NCBI GenBank assembly: GCA_023515725.1 | Contig: JALDTO010000251.1 | Coordinates: 839,505-903,504 of the forward strand | DNA from: Amoeboaphelidium protococcarum X5 | Lineage: Eukaryota; Fungi; Aphelidiomycota | Direction: 5' to 3' | Length of the DNA: 64,000 nucleotides | Part shown: positions 55,769-64,000 of the stretch, one piece after another | How the letters are laid out: each line of letters begins with the position of its first letter | Numbering within the stretch: position 1 is the stretch's first letter | The notes under the pieces: generated by a model | Databases searched by the model: none | Told to the model about the DNA's origin: nothing | Seen by the model: only the letters and a program-made list of their open reading frames with translations | Made by a program: the position numbers and the translations under genes

Positions 55769-57038
55769 ATGTAAACAAATAACGAAGTATCAAACATTCT
55801 AAATTCGCAGCAAGATCTATTCTATTTTTCGCCACTTAATGACACTGTACAGCCGGGATTAGATTAGGAATAGCTGGCTGATATCAATGGAGGTGAAGCT
55901 GTGATAAAGAGGCCGAAACTGTCGCTGGCATCTCTGATCGGCCAGGCTATAATGTCACAGCCGGGTGAGAAGGCTCGACTGTCTACCATCTATGATTGGA
56001 TATCTAATAAGTATCCTGAGTACTACAGATTATAGACTGGCGGTTGGCAGGTATGAACTTATATAATGCGGTATAATGAATTATAGCCTCTTATCACCCG
56101 ATGTGTAGAACTCTATTCGTCATAATTTGACCATTAACAAGGCATTCTCAAGAGTTCCTAAATCTGATGATGATGGGCCTGGTAAGGGAAGCTACTGGAG
56201 AATCGATCCTGATCATCAATGTGAATTTAAGGATGGTGTTTTTACGGGAAAGATTCGTAGTAGTGATTATCGCAACCATGCTAGAAGTAAGCAGAGTAAA
56301 AGGTAGAGTGCTCCTGATTTGACCGCTCTGAGCTCACACAAGTCTAGGAGACATACTATCGCGCATAATAATAAACGCTAGTAAAACAAAGCGAGTACAT
56401 AAGATAAAGATTGTACGGATTAGTAGTAGGAAGATACCCCTCAAACTGGTTTGTATTTTAGTCAAGAGAAGCCTACTTTTGCGCAATCTACCCCTGCATT
56501 GATGTAGCGTAATTTTGAAGAAATTGCGGATGTGTACTATTAACAAGCCACTTCTTAAGATACTGCTATGTATGATTCAATTCCCGCTCCTATTGAAGGA
56601 TTTTTAGAGAACTTCCCCTACTTTGGATCAGGTAATCCACAAATAGGAAGCTACTCTTAGTATTATCCGAGCACTTTCTCAATGATATCACAGTAGTCTC
56701 AGATTTAGTATAGCTCTGGTAATCAGACTTCCTAGTGGCATATGGGTCATGGTGATAGTAGCTAGACTTGTTCTTGTGCGTATTGTATCACTCTTCCTGC
56801 AGTGAATTCTATATCACCTCATCCTGAGTTGCCTACTATTTTGGAGCAGTCTGATATTACAAATTAAGCAACTTTTGGTAATGGAATCAATTCAGCATCA
56901 TTGCCTTCGGAAGCGGTTCAACATTAATTTCCGTCTTATTACTAGACCTCAGTTACCAATGCTGTTGCAACTGAAGAGTTTGACAAACTGGCGGACGTGT
57001 TTCCTGACAAGTTTGGCCATGAAGAGAAGATGGATTGA
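55769..57038 (+). CDS. Forkhead transcription factor; intron 56051-56108
   Basis: [14 protein letters not shown]...[17 protein letters not shown]...GWQ|[29 protein letters not shown]. Start codon uncertain. Confidence 0.9.
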
Positions 57039-57401
57039 TTTATTGATTCAGACACTATTTGTGTAATGAGCTTTTATCGGTTTGGAGATATGGCTGTCTT
57101 ATAATTCGGATTTATATGTGTGCGCAGACTATGATTTTTGATGTAATTATTGTTTTTGATTGATTGAGACGATTCAATGTGTGTTGAAATAAATGGAACT
57201 TGTTTGAAGGTTGAGAATTTATTTATCATACTTGTTGTGATCGATGCTATTTATATCATCGTCTCTAGATTCACTCCATAACCTTTGCCTCCAGACTACC
57301 GTTCATATAGCGACGAATTTAACGACGTCTATTTTTTCTCTATCTTGAACTATTCTTTATTGCTCTTAGCTCCCATCTAGTAGGTAGATATTGTGACAAA
57401 G

Positions 57402-58483
57402 ATGTTTCTAATTCAAAAGTTAACCACATTGTCACTTTGCTTGTGGCTGTGTAATTTCAAAGTGGTGCTCTCCAACAATGACGACGGTGGCTTTGATCAA
57501 AATCTCGGTCCGTCAATTTACAGCCACTCTCTCTATCCACCATTCATGCATGATGAGTTCGAAAATGAGTACTGGGATTTCGGTGGTAACGTTTTGGTCA
57601 AAGTCTTTGATTACGTTAGATTGACAAGTTTGGCTAAAAGCTAACGCGGATGGTTGTATTCTAAATTGTAAGCATCGTGGTTGATGTTGTTATTTCAATC
57701 TTTGATATCTAATTCTAATTGATGTTGATAGTGTGTAGTCCCATCGCCTCGGAAGCGTGGTCGGTCGAGTTTGAGTTCAAGATTCACGGCGGTCAGTCAC
57801 AACAACATGGCGACGGATTTGCCTTCTGGTACACTGCAGAGAAGTTTGAAGAAGGCTCTGTATTTGGTGGCAAGGATAACTTTAAAGGCTTGGGTATATT
57901 CTTCGACACTTATCCTAATGGTTAACACGATCACTCATTTCCTTACATCAGTGCCATGGTGAATGATGGTACTAAGCAGTATGATCATTGGAATGATAAC
58001 AAAGCCTCTATGGCTGGGCAAGGCTGTGAGGCTAATCTGCGAAGTGTTGGAAACTCAATTGTTGCCAGAGCAACGTACTTCAAGAATAAAGTCCTCAAAC
58101 TAGAGTTTACAGATCGAGGTGAAGCCGGTTGGTAATAGTGCTTCGTGGTGTCCAATGTGAACTTGCCTAATGCAGGATATATTGGTTTCAGTGCGGCCAC
58201 CGGAGATCTTGTGGATAATCATGACATTTTACGCGTGAATACGTTTACTCAACTGGCCCCAGAGATTACTGTTTACGGCGGTAAAGAGGCAGTGGACTCT
58301 TCTAAGCATGAGGACGTTGGGTAAAGTGGCCAATCAAGTGGTCCTGACCTGGGCGGTGGAGTGAAATCTCGAGCATTCAGCTTCATCTGGTTTATGATCA
58401 AGCTGATGGCTGTCGTTGCTGTGATAATTGCGCTGTATTACTACTATGCAAGCAGTTAGAAGAAGAATATGAAATCATTTTGA
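57402..58483 (+). CDS. LMAN2: L-type lectin cargo receptor, VIP36/LMAN2-like; intron 57668-57738
   Basis: Signal peptide; HSLYPPF; WDFGG; YVRLT..SQRGW; HGDGFAFWY; VFG..DNFKGLGIFFDTYPN; FPYISAMVNDG; GFSAATGDLVDNHDI; TM; tail KKNMKSF*. Confidence 0.9.
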
Positions 58484-59214
58484 TGGCGTTTATATTGATA
58501 CACTTAGACTAGTAGAGATCATAGAGTTTAAAAGCGCATCTTGCATCATTTTCTCTTCTTCTCTTTTCTCTATAAGATTTTTGTACTTCATGACACTTAT
58601 TGAACGGGAGGCCTAGAATTATAGGCTTTGCGTCTACACGATGTCAGAGATAAATTACTTGGATGCGTAGCTGGAGTATCTGGCTATTCAGTGCCTGTAT
58701 CACCCCATAGCACGCGTCCTACATTATTGCATTACTACATTGCACACGCGTCTCCTTTGATGACGGATTCGCCTGTGCAAAATTCACACCGATCTATCCA
58801 CTTAACTATTACACCGCCTCTGTCGTTGTATGTAGAATAGATAAATCGAAAAGAAAATGGTGTGGTATCTGCTAATTGCAATTCTATCAATGTGCAATTC
58901 GGTTCATAAGATCACCTATATTTTCATTTTTTCACGGTTGATATTGAACACTTCTTGAACTACCGACTAAGACTGTACAATTCTTACTTGACATATAATT
59001 AGCGTGTTCACTGAACCTATCTGTAAACTATCCAACAAATAACCTTGACAGTGCGTATGACGAAGCATCCGCCATTGTTGGTGTCGGAACCAGTGATAAG
59101 CCACCGTTGTCAACGAGCAACATACGCTATCTGATCCCCTGCTGATCCTTGATATCCCAAAATCATCCCTTAGCTTGATATTTAGAGAATATACTATAAT
59201 CCATCACTATTGAA

Positions 59215-60246
59215 ATGCAACAATAAGGCAGAAAGTCACCGAGACATAAGTTTTCATAGAGCAATTCTGTGATCATCAAGGCCCAACAGTCGTAGTTGAA
59301 CGAGGTGCCTACACTGATCAAGTTGGAAAACTCATGGCAAACACAAACAAGAACCGGCGTTTAATCGAGTGCAGGTAATAATTATCTTTTGCCTCATCCC
59401 GTGATAAAAACATCTCTGACACATCCCCTCATTATCAGTGAAATTATCGATGCGAGCTTATGGTAAAATATTAACGGGGGCGAGACTGACAAAGTGGCGA
59501 CCAGTTCAAGTTCTCGCAAGAGAATCGCTCACAGTGATGGCGATTTGGCTGATAACACTGACAGTACTCAGGAAATTTAACGCAATTAGAGTCGATATGG
59601 CAAATTTGCTCTATGTAGCCTTCCGGGCAAGAAAGTGAGACTGAACGGAGCAACGGGTAAGATGAAGAGCCCAATTAGTAGAGATCTTGATGCAGACTTT
59701 GCAAGGATTGCTTCGCTCGGATATAGCTGTATCGTGAACTTGCTGAGTGACGATGAACTCCTGAAACTTAATGCTCCCATAGACGAGTATTTAAGATTGG
59801 CACAAAAACACAATATAGAAATTTTGCGGTATCCTATTGTTGAAGGATTCGCTCCTGATGATCTTAAAGATTTTAAAGCCGAAGTTACTGACAACCTCGT
59901 GGATAGACTAAAACGCGGCCAAAACGTGCTGTGTCATTGTCGCGGCGGTAAGTTTGAATCGCATTTTTCTACAACAGTAAAGTTAGCTATCAGAATTGTA
60001 GGAATTGGGCGAGCAGGATTAGTGGCGTGTTGCTTGTTGCTGCAACTTGGGATGAGTAAAACTGCAACCGCTGCTATTGGATTGGTACGCGCCAAAAGAA
60101 GTTCTCGAGCCATTGAAACTATCATGCAAGTAAGTATTCGTTTGTTATACAAGCAAAGACAAAACATTATTTCCACAAATACAATGTAGGAAGATTTCAT
60201 AGAAGCATATCACGAGTCTATTTTAGATATGGCAAAGAGTCATTGA
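59215..60246 (+). CDS. Cys-based dual-specificity phosphatase, CDKN3/KAP-like; introns 59948-60001, 60130-60189
   Basis: KTSLTHPL; LCSLPGKKVRL; RDLDAD; YPIVEGFAP; spliced HCRGGIGRAG (Cx5R); RAIET..QE.FI. Confidence 0.85.
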
Positions 60247-60544
60247 TTAACACAACTTTGCATAATAAGATGAGCAATTTATTTAGTGGCAGAAGAGATG
60301 TACATATTTTATCGACATTTGACGACATACAGCGGCCTTTTTCTCAAGAAAGCAGTGATGATTCTTAGCGAGTTCCTTAGCGCTGGGCCACAAATATATC
60401 ATTACATTTAATTTAGTCATTCTGCTCTTCAATCTTTACCAGAAATGGGTGATAGCTTAATTTATAAACAACCGCGTGTATGTACGTAAGGCACATATAT
60501 CGAGTGGCGCAGTTCATGAGTGATATTTTCCCCATATTTCCACA

Positions 60545-62362
60545 ATGTTTTTCTTCTAATATTCTATCTTAATCAGTGCTGTTTGCTCATTTATTGCAAT
60601 GAACGTTTTTGGTAGAGCTCTTCTATTAATTTTTTTATGGGTCGTTATATTTGTGTTCTTCATTTTGGCGCTCTGGACATTGCCGATCCTATTTGCAATT
60701 CCTGTTAGAACTAGTGTCTCTTTGAAGTCGTAGAGTCCTTTGCTCATTGATTTGGCTAGTAATGAATTGGACATTGCTTGGCTGCGCTCCAGTTAGTTTG
60801 TTGATATGTATTTGCTGAGCCAGAAGCCTGAATTAATATCAAACTTGGTGGCTGATACGCGTCAGGTGGAAGTCTGGCTGACGCGTCCCAAGACTGATGT
60901 ACCAAGTTAAGTAATCAGCCGAAAGTTTTTCTCCCATGGCGGCGAGTTTAATTTTGATGTTCGTTTTGGGGGTAATATCCGGAAAGATACTGCTCCTCAA
61001 CCCGTGATTATCGATATACGGTGCAGGGACATTTTTGACGAGCCATTGTTTGATGGAAGATTTACCGCATAGGCTGACTCTAATTTCGTTGTTGCGAACT
61101 CATTTTAATCGCCAGATTGCCGCGCAGAAGTATCTCTTGTTAATCCTACTTCTGAGGCTGTTAAAGTATTCGTCACCTTCAATTTGCCCTATATTGCGTA
61201 CAGAGTTGATGAAAGTTCTGTCATTGAAAGATATGGCTTGGGTCTGCCAAATGGTAGACTTGTTTCCTTTAGAAATCGCTGGCTTTTGGCCTAATCTCGC
61301 AGCTCTGTCATGGATTCTGAAGTTAATTTTCATGCTAGATACACATATCCACGATAATTGACAAGTGATTTGCTGCTGATCTTGTGTTTCCTTGGTTCCT
61401 TTGTTCTAGCTCTGCGTTTAGTAGTCCTTGGTGAAGCCAAGTTTACAAACTTTTATCGCCGTTTAAAGGATGGGCGTGGCATCTACTCTGGTTCATCTAA
61501 AGAATCTAGTGACTGTAAGGCCTCAATATGTAGACTGCCTTTTTTCACTAGCGGTCTTAGTCAGTAATCTTAGTCTAAAGTCCCATTAATTTTGTTGGGA
61601 TTTTGGGTGATGTTCGTGATGTTTGTGATTTTTTTTCTAGCTAGTGGGGCAATTTTTGTAACTAGAACGACGCTCCGTGGGGGAGGGTAGATGGTAATAG
61701 ATCCTCTAGTCGAATGGAGTGGTAGCAGTGGAGTTATAACTGGAAATGTGCTGGTGGGCGGTTTTGACCACTAGCCGAAAGGTGAATTTTTGCAACGTCA
61801 AAGTAATTTGATCTTAGATGTTCCTCGTGGTGCTTATGAAGATGCAATTCAGTATTTGCCGATGACCTTATCAGCTGGCTCGCGCGTTGACTTGCAAGTG
61901 GTGTAGACTGGAGTCCCGTAAAAACTTATGGTAATCTTGGTTAACCCAAGTTACCATTCTTAAGTAGTTTCAAATCAGTTTAAGATCGTGTCTGGTCCTA
62001 AGGCAAACGTCTCTTTCTAAGTTTAAGAGTATGCGGAATATCGTTTAATTGCCGTATTGTACGATCGTGCTGTCCGCAATTACTCTGCGACTATAAGCGC
62101 CATATAGTCAAGTCTTGTGTACAAATACGATGATGCTCGTGATATCTGTGACGGTACGGTCTCTGGCGTGTGTAGATTTGATACGCGCGACGAAGCTGTA
62201 CTTATCACTTCTCTGTGTCGTGATAAATTGTGTTTAGACTTCTATGAGGCTAAAGTTGATTTTAAGAATGCATCCTTTAAGTTGAAGTTCTGGATATTTG
62301 CGTCTTTATCAGCTACTGTTGCCGCTGTAGTCTTTTTAGCTGTGCGTTACTTTGCAGTTTGA
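60545..62362 (+). CDS. Hypothetical multi-pass membrane protein with two TM-luminal-TM units, 605 aa
   Basis: Single ORF in code 6; hydrophobic segments near 60560-60700, 61370-61430, 61585-61660 and 62290-62350. Confidence 0.65.
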
Positions 62363-62590
62363 CAGGGCTCCAAAAAAATCATTAGTCCCTTACTATGACG
62401 TGATTTAAAGTTTATTAATACTTTTTGCAAACTATCTATTAATCTATAACTATACTCTTATTTAAATCTGGTATATAGCTATTGACCCCAGCGTTTGATA
62501 CAATTGCCAGCCCCTGATTGCGAGATTTGTTTTCTACTTGATCCATATAACTGCCACCACGCAATTTATATCCCAGCCGATTAATTTAAA

Positions 62591-63640
62591 ATGACAACGA
62601 TATTATTATCAAAATTGTCAATTATTATATACGCGCTTAATGCCCTCTATTGTTACGGCATTGGATATGATTTAGCCGATTATCTCTTGGACACTTATAT
62701 GCCATTTTTTGATACTAAATAGTAAGATGAGGCTTTCTATCTGACTAATCTGGTATCTCAGGAATATGGATAGAATTATGTACCAGGTGATAAGATAGAT
62801 CCCATCACCAGCCTGAAAGAGACTTTCATATCTCCAGTCCTGCTAAAGTACCTGGAACTGAAAATGATGTATGCTGCCAAAGACTGTGATGTATTGTAGT
62901 GGGAAGAGACATTTGGACGCGCCAAATTTGCCTTCCAACTCTCAACTCTGGACCAAATTGTACGGCTGGCGATTGAAAACAGAAAGTAGATCTGCTCGCG
63001 TGTTCTCACAGATGTTCTCGCGACGTTTAAGCTCACTTCTGAGCAGTACGGGAAACTGGTATGCCATGCGGTGTTGACTCGCAATCACGCTGCCTTCAAT
63101 ATTATGGCTGAATATGCTGAAATGAACGCCATAGATATCAGAGCTCTGTATATGTGTGCCCTCGTCTCTGGAGATCATGAATTGTTAGATACGCTGATCG
63201 ACAATGTACCGTCTCTCGTGGCTGATCTACTTCAATTGTCTATCAAGTATACTAATGATGCCAAATAGTAAGATTTATCGAATCAACTGACCCTTAAATA
63301 AATCCAATTGGTGCAAGATTTGGAACAAGAAATGCCTCTGTCGTCGACTGTACCACCGGTAGAGTCGGAATACGCGTTTTATGAACCTCAAGATATGCTA
63401 AGTTAAATGAGACAGCAGCTGGCTGAGTGGTCTGCAAGAATCAAAGCTCACCGGTCAGCCGATCCTAACGAGTAGAATCTCGTCACCAACCGATTCCTGC
63501 ACAATAAGAACGAGGTCAATGTCACTACGGCCCAGTAATTGTACGTCAAATTCCCTTTTTCGTATAAGGATGCATAGTACACTCATGGCCTCTCTAAATT
63601 GCCGCGTTTCAGTCTTCGTCGACTAAAGCTGCCTGTTTGA
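62591..63640 (+). CDS. Hypothetical secreted helical protein, 349 aa
   Basis: Signal-like MTTILLSKLSIIIYALNALYCYG; helical, possibly ankyrin-like segments; ATG..TGA in code 6. Confidence 0.6.
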
Positions 63641-64000
63641 TTCGATTTTGATAGATAAAAATACTATTTATAATCATTTAGTGAATCTGTTTAAATCTTA
63701 TTGATTAACTTATTGACGCTTCTTTGATGAAAATCTGCATTTTAGACCGAAATGAAACATTACAGAAAATTTCAAAGATGCAGATGATTAGCACTGGTCC
63801 AGCTGATGTGACTGTTGAGGCGCAATACGATTGAGTCTTGACTGACCCTAGACGCCAAGAGAACTTTCTGCATGGGAGGGTGACCCTAGCCAGGCGAACG
63901 AACGAACGGCGCGATCGTTTCAAACCACTAGTGGTGAACATGAAAAGAGCGAGAAAACTAACATTTTTTTCGCGCGAAGATCAAGAGGCTTGTTTCATGA

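Noticed and set aside
59948-60001. Insertion splitting the phosphatase Cx5R loop in the ORF track
   Set aside because: It is a 54-nt GTAAGT..TGTAG intron; removing it restores HCRGGIGR.

Overview
Gene-dense eukaryotic (fungus-like opisthokont) nuclear DNA that does not use the standard genetic code. TAA and TAG are read as glutamine and TGA is the only stop (ciliate-type code, NCBI table 6), which is why the supplied ORF track is fragmented. Fungal-type genes combined with this code fit an aphelid such as Amoeboaphelidium protococcarum (inference). Re-translated, the window holds about 30 mostly intron-poor genes: PTS, CTR9, a bacterial-type (class II) HMG-CoA reductase, V-ATPase H, gephyrin, an ESCRT-III protein with a ubiquitin-like insert, transportin, RPL17, SOF1, NOC2, a beta-TrCP-like F-box protein, MIC19, FTase alpha, a PCTAIRE CDK, a GM130-like golgin, a Rax1-like RGS, a VAT1-like oxidoreductase, PP2C, SMC3, a forkhead factor, a VIP36-like lectin, a CDKN3-like phosphatase and several orphans. 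The first 10 kb is an accessory region with two tandem receptor-like kinase paralogues separated by an intact Crypton-type tyrosine-recombinase element, an inverted-repeat-bounded non-coding element and a LINE 3' fragment. All 13 introns I could place are 46-74 nt, start with GTA and end in TGTAG. Coordinates were derived by hand and no database searches were run.
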